Below, in pieces: positions 25,267 to 34,354 of a DNA stretch of 37,038 nucleotides. The stretch lies in contig JBHHYG010000002.1 in NCBI GenBank assembly GCA_046757445.1, forward strand, positions 1 to 37,038, read 5' to 3'. Below the pieces are notes generated by a model, which ran no database searches, was not told the DNA's origin, and worked only from the letters and a program-made list of their open reading frames with translations. This stretch comes from Acidobacteriota bacterium (lineage in GTDB: Bacteria > Acidobacteriota > UBA890). A program made the translations under genes and the position numbers. Each line of letters starts with the position of its first letter. Positions within the stretch are counted from its first letter, which is position 1.

Positions 25267-27978
25267 ATGCCCAAGCGCCTCGTAGGCGAACACCAGACCC
25301 TACCCCTCTTGCCGCTGCGGGATGTCGTCATCTTCCCCGGCATGATGATGCCGTTTGTCGTCGGCCGGCCCCGCTCGGTGGCAGCTCTGGAGCGGGCGAT
25401 GGAGTCCAGCAAGCGCCTCTTTCTCGCCGCTCAGAAGGATGCCGAGGTAGACGATCCCGAGGCCAACCAGGTTTACAGCCTCGGCACCATCGCCATCATC
25501 GTCCAGAGCCTCAAGCAACCCAACGGCAACATCCGAGTGCTAGTGGAAGGAGCCGAACGCGCCAGGGCAATCGAGTATACCGAGGAGGACGCCTTCCATG
25601 AGGTGGTTGTAAAGCCTCTGGTACCCGCGAGCAGCGGCGTCGGCGCCCACTCCAAGGCAAAAAGACTGACTCGGCTTTTCGAAAAATATGTGAAATTGTC
25701 GGCGAACCTGCCGCACGAGGCGATGCTCGCCGCGGTCAAGAAGGAAGACCCGGGACGACTGGCCGACACCATCGCCGCCCACCTTAACGTCGATCTTGCG
25801 GCCAAGCAGGAATTGCTCGAGATCGTCGATGTGGAAACACGACTCGCCAAGCTCATCGAAGTAGTTTCCTTCGAGATCGAAAAGCTGCGCGTCGACAAGA
25901 AAATCCAGGGCCAAGTCAAGAAGCAGATGGAGCAGGCCCAGAAGGAATACTACCTGAGCGAGAAGATGAAGGCGATCCAGCGGGAGCTCGGTCGTAAGGA
26001 AGGGAAAGGATCGGAGGCCGACCAGCTGCGTGCCCGCATCGCCAAGGCGCAGATGCCGGCCGACGTCGAGGAAAAGGCCCTTCAGGAGCTCGAGCGCCTC
26101 GAGGCCATGCCGCCGATGTCCGCCGAGGCAACGGTTTCTCGTAACTATATCGATTGGCTAGCTTCGGTGCCCTGGTACCGTCGCACTCGCGAGAACACCG
26201 ATCTGAAGCTGGCGGCGGAGATCCTCGACGAAGATCACTTTGGCCTCAAGAAGATCAAAGAACGCATCATCGAGTTCCTCGCTGTGCGCCAGTTGGTAGA
26301 AACCATGAAGGGGTCGATTCTCTGTTTTGTCGGCGGGCCGGGTGTGGGTAAATCCTCACTCGGTCGCTCTATCGCCCGTGCTACTGGCCGAGATTTCGTT
26401 CGATTGTCTCTGGGCGGCGTTCGCGACGAGGCCGAAATCCGAGGTCATCGAAGAACTTATATCGGCGCCTTCCCCGGACAGATCATGCAGCGCATGAAGA
26501 TGGCAGGTGTGATCAACCCGGTCTTCCTGCTCGACGAAGTCGACAAGATGAGCATGGACTTCCGGGGTGATCCCTCATCGGCGCTCATGGAGGTGCTGGA
26601 CCCCGAGCAGAACAACACCTTCGTAGACCACTATCTCGACTGCGAGTATGACCTGTCGCATGTGATGTTCATCACCACAGCCAATGTCATGCACACGATA
26701 CCGGCGGCGCTGCAGGATCGTATGGAGATCATTCGTCTTTCTGGTTACACGCAGCGGGAAAAGATGGAGATCGCGAAGCGTCATCTGGTGGCCAAGCAAG
26801 TTGCCTACCATGGGCTAGCGCCCTCACAGCTGGAGATCACCGACGGCACCCTCGACAAGCTCATCGACGAATACACGCGAGAGGCAGGGGTGCGCAACCT
26901 GGAGCGAGAGATCGCCCGCCTTTGCCGCAAAGGGGCCCGAGACCTGGTCGAGAAGTACTCCGACCTCATTGCCGCCGCTGCCGCGAACCAGGCAGAGGAA
27001 GAGATTGCCCAGCGAGCGCAGGCGGTATCAGGTGAAGAAGCCGAAGAGGCCGAGGCGGCCGCGCCGGTCGATGGCGGTGCCGAGCCTCGTGAAGGTGCCT
27101 TGTTCGAGAAGGCTGATCTGCTCGATGCGGACAACGGCCCAACCGGCCTACCCGGAAGCGAAGAGGAGGAGGAGCAGGAGGAAGGCGCGATCGTCGAGGC
27201 CAGGAACCCGATGGAGCGGATGATACCCAGGCGCACTCCTATCGCCGAGGCCATACCGGCTGGCGCCAAGATCCTCATCGACATCGAGCAGGTCGAAGAA
27301 TACCTAGGTGTACCCAGGTTCAAGAGGAAGCAAAAAGAGGAACGACCTGAAGTCGGGCTGGCGGCAGGCCTGGCGTGGACCGAGCGCGGAGGGGAAATCT
27401 TGGCCATCGAGGCGACGCTCATGCCCGGCAAAGGTAAACTGTCGCTAACCGGACAGCTCGGCGACATCATGCAGGAATCCGGGAAGGCGGCTCTCTCCTA
27501 CGTTCGCTCCCGAGCTGCAGAACTGAACATCAGCAAGGAGTTCCACCGCCACTTCGATATCCATGTGCACGTCCCTGAAGGAGCTATTCCCAAAGACGGT
27601 CCTTCCGCAGGGATTACTCTGGCCACGTCGATTGTCTCAGCGTTGACCGGCATTCCGATTCACAACGACATCGCCATGACTGGCGAGATCACTCTGCGAG
27701 GCAAAGTGCTGCCGATCGGTGGAGTGAAGGAAAAGGTTCTTGCGGCACACCGGGCGGGCCTGAACAGGATTATTCTGCCTGCAGAAAACGAAAAAGATCT
27801 CAAGGAAGTCCCCGAAGAAGTTCGTGAAGACCTGACAGTCTACTTCGTTGGCACCATGGACGAGGTGCTGAGACTCGCACTGATTTCACCTCTTGCACCA
27901 ATGTCGGACGGTGAAAAGGGCGGACTGCCGCCGAGGCAGCAGCCGGATAAGCCTGTCCAGCCGCCTCTGACCCACTAG
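25267..27978 (+). CDS. lon: Lon protease (LonA) with a ~100-aa acidic insertion
   Basis: LON N-domain ([23 protein letters not shown]), Walker [17 protein letters not shown], and protease domain with [10 protein letters not shown]. At 903 aa it is longer than the usual ~800 aa. Confidence 0.96.
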   Translation: MPKRLVGEHQTLPLLPLRDVVIFPGMMMPFVVGRPRSVAALERAMESSKRLFLAAQKDAEVDDPEANQVYSLGTIAIIVQSLKQPNGNIRVLVEGAERARAIEYTEEDAFHEVVVKPLVPASSGVGAHSKAKRLTRLFEKYVKLSANLPHEAMLAAVKKEDPGRLADTIAAHLNVDLAAKQELLEIVDVETRLAKLIEVVSFEIEKLRVDKKIQGQVKKQMEQAQKEYYLSEKMKAIQRELGRKEGKGSEADQLRARIAKAQMPADVEEKALQELERLEAMPPMSAEATVSRNYIDWLASVPWYRRTRENTDLKLAAEILDEDHFGLKKIKERIIEFLAVRQLVETMKGSILCFVGGPGVGKSSLGRSIARATGRDFVRLSLGGVRDEAEIRGHRRTYIGAFPGQIMQRMKMAGVINPVFLLDEVDKMSMDFRGDPSSALMEVLDPEQNNTFVDHYLDCEYDLSHVMFITTANVMHTIPAALQDRMEIIRLSGYTQREKMEIAKRHLVAKQVAYHGLAPSQLEITDGTLDKLIDEYTREAGVRNLEREIARLCRKGARDLVEKYSDLIAAAAANQAEEEIAQRAQAVSGEEAEEAEAAAPVDGGAEPREGALFEKADLLDADNGPTGLPGSEEEEEQEEGAIVEARNPMERMIPRRTPIAEAIPAGAKILIDIEQVEEYLGVPRFKRKQKEERPEVGLAAGLAWTERGGEILAIEATLMPGKGKLSLTGQLGDIMQESGKAALSYVRSRAAELNISKEFHRHFDIHVHVPEGAIPKDGPSAGITLATSIVSALTGIPIHNDIAMTGEITLRGKVLPIGGVKEKVLAAHRAGLNRIILPAENEKDLKEVPEEVREDLTVYFVGTMDEVLRLALISPLAPMSDGEKGGLPPRQQPDKPVQPPLTH

Positions 27979-28040
27979 GCTACCGCTCTTTTCGACAACG
28001 GCGAGTCGGCACTCTCGGGCCATGGTGGTTAACTGCTTCT

Positions 28041-28730
28041 TTGGCGTACACGAGGTTTCAGGTTTCAGTGAAGATCCAGCAGATTGATGCAGCATATCGT
28101 TCTCGCCGGCCGGGCGACTATCCAGCCGATCGGATGCCCGAAGTAGCGTTTCTCGGCCGCTCGAACGTCGGCAAGTCGAGTCTCATTAACTCTCTCGTGG
28201 GCAGACGGAAGCTCGCCGCCACCAGCCGAGACCCTGGCAAGACACGTGCGATCAATTGGTACCGACTGATCGGGAGCAACAAGAGCTGCTTTTTCGTCGA
28301 CCTGCCAGGCTATGGCTATGCCAAGGTTTCAAAACATGTTCGTGAGTCGCTTTGGGCCAAGCTCATCGACACCTACTTGAGCTCGGATCAGCCCATGGTG
28401 CTTGCTATCCAGCTATTAGATATCCGTCGCGACGGCCCGACTGCCCTAGATGAGCAGATGATCGGCTGGCTACGTGAGACTGGCGTTCCCCACGTATTCG
28501 TCCTCACCAAGTCGGACAAACTCGGAAAGGGCCGACGTGCGGCAGCGGTAAGACAGTTTGCGAACGTTCTGGAGACAACGAAGGGCAACAATCTGATTCC
28601 ATTCTCCGCTGTCACCGGTGAAGGGAGAAAAAGGCTCTGGTCATTAATTGACCAGTGCTTGGTGGGAGCCACGTCGTCTTCGTATTCGGTCACCTTGCAG
28701 AGTGAGAATGATGACACGAGAACACACTAA
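28041..28730 (+). CDS. engB: Ribosome-biogenesis GTPase EngB/YihA/YsxC
   Basis: G1 GRSNVGKSSLIN, G3 DLPGYG, G4 TKSDK. Its position after lon matches many bacteria. The start is uncertain: tracked TTG 28041 or GTG 28068. Confidence 0.88.
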   Translation: MAYTRFQVSVKIQQIDAAYRSRRPGDYPADRMPEVAFLGRSNVGKSSLINSLVGRRKLAATSRDPGKTRAINWYRLIGSNKSCFFVDLPGYGYAKVSKHVRESLWAKLIDTYLSSDQPMVLAIQLLDIRRDGPTALDEQMIGWLRETGVPHVFVLTKSDKLGKGRRAAAVRQFANVLETTKGNNLIPFSAVTGEGRKRLWSLIDQCLVGATSSSYSVTLQSENDDTRTH

Positions 28731-28778
28731 CACGGCTACGGCACTGATAGATCTTTCTGAAATCGAGGTGAGAGGAGC

Positions 28779-30074
28779 ATGAGCAACGAGCAGGCCACGA
28801 TGACCACGCCCGCACGCACGTGGGAGATTCGCGAGCTCAAGAGCTCGCCTATCGCCGAGCTACATGAAATTGCGGTCGATCTCGATATTGACGGCTCTCA
28901 AGAGATGCGCAAACGGGATCTGGTTTTTCAGATTCTCCGTGCACAGATGGCAAGGGATGGCTCCTTGTGCGCTCAAGGGGTGCTCGAGGCGCTTCCTGAC
29001 GGCTTCGGGTTCTTGCGTGGTCCCGAGTCCAATTACTTGCCCGGTCACGACGACATCTACGTGTCGCCCTCCCAGATTCGCAAATTCAACCTCCGCACCG
29101 GCGACACGATCATCGGCCAGATTCGACCACCCAAGGACGGCGAGCGATATTTCGCCCTTATCAGGGTGGAATCCATCAACTTCGAGCTGCCGGAGCATCT
29201 GCGTCGGACGGCCTTCTACGACCACCTCACGCCCCTACATCCGAACACCAAGTTCGAGCTCGAATACAGCCACAACGACCTCCCAACCCGAATCATAGAC
29301 ATGCTCTGCCCCATCGGCATGGGCCAGCGCGGGCTGATTGTCTCACCACCACGAGCCGGCAAGACCATGCTCTTGCAGAGCATCGCCCACGCCATCACCA
29401 GCAACTATTCCGAAGTCATTGTCATCGTCCTTTTGATCGACGAGCGGCCCGAGGAGGTTACCGAGATGGCTCGCTCGGTAGACGGCGAGGTGATCTCCTC
29501 GACCTTCGACGAACCGGCGGAACGGCATGCAGCGGTCGCGGATATCGTCACCGAGAAGGCTAAGCGCCTGGTGGAGCAAGGCAAAGACGTGGTGATCTTG
29601 CTCGACTCGATCACACGCCTGGCGAGAGCCTACAATACACTCTGCCCGCCTTCCGGAAGGGTGCTCTCAGGCGGCGTCGACGCCAATGCACTACACAAGC
29701 CGAAGCGTTTCTTCGGTGCCGCCCGAAACACCGAAGAGGGCGGCAGCCTTACAATTATTGCAACGGCCCTCGTCGAGACAGGCAGTCGAATGGACGAAGT
29801 GATCTTCGAAGAGTTCAAGGGAACTGGCAACGCGGAGATCGTACTCGAGCGCAAGCTCGCCGACCGGCGTATATGGCCCGCAATCGACATCAACCGCTCG
29901 GGAACCCGCAAGGAGGAACTGTTGCTATCGAGAGACACCCTCAACCGTATTTGGGTTCTCCGCAAGGTATTGCAGCCGCTCGGCCCTGCGGAGGCGATGC
30001 AACTCCTGATCGACAGGTTGAGCAAGACCAAGCGCAACGAGGAGTTTCTGAGCTCCATGCACCAGCCCGAGTAA
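28779..30074 (+). CDS. rho: Transcription termination factor Rho
   Basis: 431 aa. Rho N-terminal and CSD-like region ([24 protein letters not shown]), Walker A PPRAGKT, and [10 protein letters not shown]. Confidence 0.97.
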   Translation: MSNEQATMTTPARTWEIRELKSSPIAELHEIAVDLDIDGSQEMRKRDLVFQILRAQMARDGSLCAQGVLEALPDGFGFLRGPESNYLPGHDDIYVSPSQIRKFNLRTGDTIIGQIRPPKDGERYFALIRVESINFELPEHLRRTAFYDHLTPLHPNTKFELEYSHNDLPTRIIDMLCPIGMGQRGLIVSPPRAGKTMLLQSIAHAITSNYSEVIVIVLLIDERPEEVTEMARSVDGEVISSTFDEPAERHAAVADIVTEKAKRLVEQGKDVVILLDSITRLARAYNTLCPPSGRVLSGGVDANALHKPKRFFGAARNTEEGGSLTIIATALVETGSRMDEVIFEEFKGTGNAEIVLERKLADRRIWPAIDINRSGTRKEELLLSRDTLNRIWVLRKVLQPLGPAEAMQLLIDRLSKTKRNEEFLSSMHQPE

Positions 30075-30102
30075 GATAAGAGCACGAAGCAGGAGTCCAG
30101 CC

Positions 30103-30486
30103 ATGAAACCAGAGATCCATCCCGAGTATCGCGAGATCACCGCGGTGTGCGCTTGCGGCAACACCTTCACGACCCGTTCCACGAAAGCCGACCTCAGGCT
30201 CGAGGTCTGCAATGCATGTCACCCTTTCTTTACCGGCAAGCAGCGATACGTCGACTCAGCCGGTAGAGTCGAAAGGTTCCAGCGGAAGTACGAGAGTTTC
30301 TTCCAAGCCAAGGAGGAAGCCGAGGCTCGGGCCACCGCCGCGGCGCGAGCAGAAATTGATGCGCCGGTCGAGGCCAGCGGGGCACGACCCGAAGCTGACA
30401 GACAGGCTGGAGCACTCTCTGCAGAACAAGAAACCTCGGAGGGAGCCCCAGAGCCCGGTAGCGACGACGCTCCCTCGTCGCCATAG
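30103..30486 (+). CDS. rpmE: 50S ribosomal protein L31 (Zn-ribbon type) with a ~60-aa acidic/Ala-rich C-terminal extension
   Basis: [22 protein letters not shown]...[16 protein letters not shown]...[10 protein letters not shown] is a canonical L31 core with 4 Cys. The total of 127 aa compares with the usual ~70 aa. Confidence 0.92.
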   Translation: MKPEIHPEYREITAVCACGNTFTTRSTKADLRLEVCNACHPFFTGKQRYVDSAGRVERFQRKYESFFQAKEEAEARATAAARAEIDAPVEASGARPEADRQAGALSAEQETSEGAPEPGSDDAPSSP

Positions 30487-30598
30487 GGGAGCGTCTGCCG
30501 GACATCGGCAACGAGCGGCTTGCCGCGAGCGCTACGGTCCTTTTGCCGGGCCGTAGGGGGGCGCACCATGCCCGGCCCTCGGCATCGAACACGGCGCT

Positions 30599-31135
30599 AT
30601 GAAAGACCGTTTGGGGCAACGCCTGCTTGATTGGAGGATTCGTGCGGTGCTGCCCACAATCCGCGGGCATTTGCTGGACCTGGGGTGTGGAACCAACGAG
30701 CTCGCGCGCAGGTATGGAGAAGGGGTCGGCGTCGACGTCTATCAATTCGGTGGCGTCGACGTCCTGGTGGGAGACTCGGCACAACTTCCTTTTGAGGACG
30801 AGATTTTCGACACCGTAAGCATCGTCGCTGCCCTCAACCACATCCCCAACCGAAGACAAACGCTAAGGGAAGTGCGCAGGGTGTTACGATCCAACGGCCG
30901 AGTCGTCGTGACCATGATTCCGCCAACGATATCCACTGCCTGGCACATGCTGCGAAGAAAGTGGGATGCAGATCAGACGCTCCGCGGCATGAAACCGGGT
31001 GAAGTGTACGGGCTTCGGCGCGCCGAGGTTCGGACCCTGTTGAAGGAGGCGGATTTCGAGATAATTGAAGAAAAGGCCTTCATGTTCGGGATCAATCGCC
31101 TGACGGTTGCCAGGAAGGTGGCAGCGGCCTCATGA
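30599..31135 (+). CDS. Class I SAM-dependent methyltransferase (Methyltransf_11-like), substrate unknown
   Basis: Motif [10 protein letters not shown], then the acidic-loop and post-I pattern (GVDV...[21 protein letters not shown]...[16 protein letters not shown]). The stop overlaps the prfA start (ATGA). Confidence 0.8.
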   Translation: MKDRLGQRLLDWRIRAVLPTIRGHLLDLGCGTNELARRYGEGVGVDVYQFGGVDVLVGDSAQLPFEDEIFDTVSIVAALNHIPNRRQTLREVRRVLRSNGRVVVTMIPPTISTAWHMLRRKWDADQTLRGMKPGEVYGLRRAEVRTLLKEADFEIIEEKAFMFGINRLTVARKVAAAS

Positions 31136-32223
31136 ATTCAAACCTCATCACGCGCCTTGAGGAAATCGAGCGGAGCTTCGAGGAGCTCAACCAAGAGATA
31201 GCCCAGCCCGAGGTGATCCGGGACGCTGCCCGCTACCAGAAACTGGTCAAACGGCACGCGCAACTGCGCGAGATCGTCGAAGCCTACCAACGCGTCCAGG
31301 GCCTCGAGCAAGGTATTGCGGGAACCCGCGAGCTGCTGAAGGAATCCGACCCCGAGATGCGGTCGATGGCCGAGGAGGAGCTAGCCAGCCTGGAGACGGA
31401 GAGAGAGAGCCTCGAGGAGAGGCTGCTGAGGCTGTTGTTGCCCCGTGACCCCAACGACGAGAGAAACATCGTGCTCGAGGTGCGGGCCGGCACCGGAGGC
31501 GAGGAGGCAGCTCTTTTTGCGGCGGAGATTTTCCGCATGTACCAGCGCTATGCCGAGGCCCAGGGTTGGACGGTGGAGATCCTCGACGAGCACCCGACCG
31601 GCAGCGGTGGGCTGAAGGAGATCAATGCCCTCGTCGAAGGCCAGGGTGCCTACAGCCGCCTCAAGTACGAAAGCGGCGTTCATCGTGTGCAACGGGTGCC
31701 CGATACGGAAGCATCGGGGCGTATCCACACATCGGCGGTCACCGTCGCGGTTCTACCCGAGGCAGAAGAGGTAGAGATCGAGGTCGACCCCAAAGAGATC
31801 CGGGTCGACACGTTTTGCTCTTCCGGACCCGGCGGCCAGGGCGTCAACACAACCTACTCCGCGGTGCGCCTGACCCACATTCCCAGCGGCCTCGTGGTCT
31901 CCTGCCAAGATGAGCGCTCCTGGCACAAGAACAAGGCCAAGGCCATGCGCGTGCTGCGCGCTCGACTTTACGATCTCAAGCTGCGGGAGCAGCAGGACGC
32001 CATCGCCTCAGAGCGCCGCGGACAAGTGGGGAGCGGCGATCGAAGCGAGAAGATCCGTACTTACAATTTCCCTCAGCACAGGGTCACCGACCATCGCATC
32101 AACTTCACCAGCCACCAGCTCGACGCTGTTCTCGGTGGCGCCATCGACCCGCTGATCTCGGAGCTGGCCACCTTCTACGAAGCTGAGCGCCTAAAGACCG
32201 AGATGCAGGCCGGCGCTACATGA
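31132..32223 (+). CDS. prfA: Peptide chain release factor 1
   Basis: 363 aa with the PET-type tripeptide ([14 protein letters not shown]) and the GGQ motif ([11 protein letters not shown]). Confidence 0.97.
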   Translation: MNSNLITRLEEIERSFEELNQEIAQPEVIRDAARYQKLVKRHAQLREIVEAYQRVQGLEQGIAGTRELLKESDPEMRSMAEEELASLETERESLEERLLRLLLPRDPNDERNIVLEVRAGTGGEEAALFAAEIFRMYQRYAEAQGWTVEILDEHPTGSGGLKEINALVEGQGAYSRLKYESGVHRVQRVPDTEASGRIHTSAVTVAVLPEAEEVEIEVDPKEIRVDTFCSSGPGGQGVNTTYSAVRLTHIPSGLVVSCQDERSWHKNKAKAMRVLRARLYDLKLREQQDAIASERRGQVGSGDRSEKIRTYNFPQHRVTDHRINFTSHQLDAVLGGAIDPLISELATFYEAERLKTEMQAGAT

Positions 32224-33140
32224 GGGGTGATCCTTCCCTCGGTGCCGCCTTCGCCCGCGTCGCCGACGCGCTGCGTTGGGGTGAGGAGCAGCTCCGAAAG
32301 GGGAGGATCCCCGGCGCTCGCCTGCAAGCCACCCTTCTACTGGGCCACGCCATGAAGCTCAGCCGAGCCCAGGTTCTGGCGTGCCTCGCCGAGCCGGTTC
32401 TCCTGGGCCCGGCGCACGACTACCGTGGGCTGGTGGCTCGCCGCGCTGCGCACGAGCCTCTCCAGTACCTGCGCGGCCGCGCTGCTTTTCTCGATTTCGA
32501 GGTACGGGTGAACCCTGGTGTGTTCATTCCCCGTCCCGAAACCGAGCTGGTGGTCGAAGCGGCTCTGAGGGTCTGGCCCTCCACCGGCTCGCTAACTGCT
32601 GGCCCAGGATGGGCCGTCGACGTTGGCACCGGCAGCGGCGCCATCGCTCTGGCTCTGGCCCAGGCACGCCCAGGCACCCGCGTCTGCGGCCTCGACCGAT
32701 CGCGCGAGGCTCTAGACACCGCACGGGCCAACGCCGAGCGGTTGCAGGTGCTCAACCGCTTGCTCCTGATCCGCGGCGATTTGCTCGCGCCCTTGGGCAC
32801 CAACGGCGGCCGGGCGCCCGACAGGATACGCGAGGCGGTCGGGCTGGTGGTCAGCAATCCACCTTATGCGCCCGCAGATGCCGACGTACAGCCGGAGGTC
32901 CGTCAGCATGAGCCTCGGGAGGCATGGGCTGCCGGCCCCACCGGCATGGAGGTGTACGCGCGGCTGATCCCGCAGGCTGCCGAGCTGCTGCTGCCGGGCC
33001 GACCGCTGGTGCTGGAGTTGGGATGGGGACAGGACGGCCCTCTCACCGAGCTGCTCGCTGCCGACGGCCGCTGGCAACAACCGCAGATCGAGCCCGACTT
33101 CCAGGAGATCCCCCGGGTCCTCACTGTCATCCGCGCTTGA
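32220..33140 (+). CDS. prmC: Release-factor glutamine N5-methyltransferase PrmC/HemK
   Basis: Motif [15 protein letters not shown] and catalytic NPPY (VVSNPPYAP). It overlaps the prfA stop (ATGA). Confidence 0.93.
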   Translation: MRGDPSLGAAFARVADALRWGEEQLRKGRIPGARLQATLLLGHAMKLSRAQVLACLAEPVLLGPAHDYRGLVARRAAHEPLQYLRGRAAFLDFEVRVNPGVFIPRPETELVVEAALRVWPSTGSLTAGPGWAVDVGTGSGAIALALAQARPGTRVCGLDRSREALDTARANAERLQVLNRLLLIRGDLLAPLGTNGGRAPDRIREAVGLVVSNPPYAPADADVQPEVRQHEPREAWAAGPTGMEVYARLIPQAAELLLPGRPLVLELGWGQDGPLTELLAADGRWQQPQIEPDFQEIPRVLTVIRA

Positions 33141-33212
33141 GCGGTAAGGGGCGACGGCAAGCGGGCGGGCGGCGTTCCGCGATCCGCGGAGCCGAGCCGC
33201 CGTTGCGATAGA

Positions 33213-33396
33213 ATGGCCCGAGCTTCTCAACGGGTCGTGAAGCGAGCGGGCGCAAGGGCTGCGAGGACAAGGCGCGCGCCGGTTCGAGGGCGCAGGCGTA
33301 CTCGTGCAGTACGTCGAGCCCGCGAGCCAAGCGCAACGCAGTCATCGCGCGCCATTGCGCTCGCGCAGCCACGACCCGTTGAGAAGCTCGGGCTAA
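33213..33396. mobile_element. Full-length 184-bp element, subfamily 2 (ends GCCCGAGCTTCTCAACGGGTCGTG / CACGACCCGTTGAGAAGCTCGGGC)
   Basis: It has the same length and conserved internal boxes (CAAGGCGCGCGC, TACGTCGAG, CAAGCGCAACGCAG) as the 18005 copy. The outer tetranucleotides are degenerate (ATGG / CTAA). The apical hairpin is GGCGTACT-CGTGC-AGTACGTC. Confidence 0.88.
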
Positions 33397-33567
33397 TGTG
33401 AGCTGGCGATTGTGCGCGCGTGGACACTCGGGCTTCCGATAGTGATCTCCGGCCGGCTGATCCTGCGCAACCATTCACGAATGGGCCTTTACGGCTGATC
33501 TCGAGGAACCGATGAGGAGGAGAGGCTGAGCGCATTCGGTCGAATCGTCTTCGCCGGCCTGCTGGGA

Positions 33568-34278
33568 GTGCTGGTGCTGGGGCCGCCCATTCCGGCCATC
33601 GCCGCCCAGGGGGCCGAGCCACCACCGGGTCACCATACCTACGATGGCAAGTGGTTCTTCAAGGACTTGTTGCGGGATCAGAAGGCGATCTGGACCAGCC
33701 CCTTGGCGCTGCGCCCGGGCGATGCCAAGTGGCTGGTGCCGCTGGTGGCAGCCACAGGAGGATTGATCCAGGTCGATCGCGACGCGAGTCACAAGCTGGT
33801 AGACCGGGATGATCTCATCGATACCAGCAAGAACATCTCCGACCTCGGCGGCGCCCCCGCCACCTTCGGCGCGGCGGCAGCGATCTACGGTATCGGCAAG
33901 TGGAAAAACAACGGCCGCGCCACGGAGACCGGCTTGCTGGGACTCCAGGCTCTCATCCACAGTGGAATCGTCGTCAATGCCATCAAGGTGGGCACCAACC
34001 GCAAGCGGCCGAACGCCGGACTCGGCAGGGGCCGCTTTTATAATGGTGGGGCTTCGTTTCCCTCCGGACATGCCATCGGCGCATGGGCTCTCGGAACCGT
34101 CATCGCCGAGGAATACCCTGACAAGCCGGTCGTCCGCTTCAGCGCCTACGGTGTAGCCACGGCGGTGAGCGTGCTGCGCTTCACCGGCCGCGAGCACTTT
34201 CCGTCGGACACCCTGGTGGGCAGCGTCCTCGGCTACCTCATCGGCCGCTACGTGGTACACCGACACGGCTCCCGCTAG
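33568..34278 (+). CDS. PAP2-family (acid phosphatase / lipid phosphate phosphatase) membrane protein
   Basis: The three PAP2 motifs are present: KVGTNRKRP, PSGH, and RFTGREHFPSD. The tracked GTG start truncates an apparent signal peptide; an in-frame CTG at 33526 preceded by GAGGAGGAG is discussed in the findings. Confidence 0.88.
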   Translation: MLVLGPPIPAIAAQGAEPPPGHHTYDGKWFFKDLLRDQKAIWTSPLALRPGDAKWLVPLVAATGGLIQVDRDASHKLVDRDDLIDTSKNISDLGGAPATFGAAAAIYGIGKWKNNGRATETGLLGLQALIHSGIVVNAIKVGTNRKRPNAGLGRGRFYNGGASFPSGHAIGAWALGTVIAEEYPDKPVVRFSAYGVATAVSVLRFTGREHFPSDTLVGSVLGYLIGRYVVHRHGSR

Positions 34279-34280
34279 CG

Positions 34281-34354
34281 CTAGCCCGAACTTCTCAACG
34301 GGTCGTGAAGCGAGTGGGCGCAAGGGCCGCGAGTCGTTGAGAAGTTCGGGCTAG
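34281..34354. mobile_element. Internally deleted 74-bp copy, subfamily 2, with perfect 20-bp terminal inverted repeats
   Basis: CTAGCCCGAACTTCTCAACG ... CGTTGAGAAGTTCGGGCTAG. The inner part matches the left arm of 33213. It lies between convergent genes. Confidence 0.9.

Noticed and set aside
30487-30598. Intrinsic terminator or small RNA in the rpmE-methyltransferase spacer, and short GC hairpins after prmC (33141-33212)
   Set aside because: Only short stems (5-6 bp) without following T-runs could be drawn. This is not sufficient evidence for a terminator or a structured RNA.
31132-32223. Programmed +1 frameshift of the release-factor type
   Set aside because: That mechanism belongs to prfB (RF2). 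This gene is RF1 (PET-type tripeptide context) and is a single uninterrupted frame.
33213-33401. 62-aa ORF lying exactly within the 184-bp subfamily-2 repeat. Similar peptides ending in PVEKxGL appear in several tracked ORFs.
   Set aside because: The recurrence of PVEK(C/F/L)GL is simply the translation of the repeat terminal sequence (reverse complement of CCCGNNNTTCTCAACGG). The peptide is Arg/Ala-rich. Its frame is not preserved in the other full copies, one of which is inverted.
33475-34323. 282-aa minus-strand ORF covering the PAP2 locus
   Set aside because: The plus-strand frame carries all three PAP2 signature motifs (KxxxxxxRP, PSGH, RxxxxxHxxxD). The minus-strand translation has no motifs, and its N-terminus is encoded by the repeat element.
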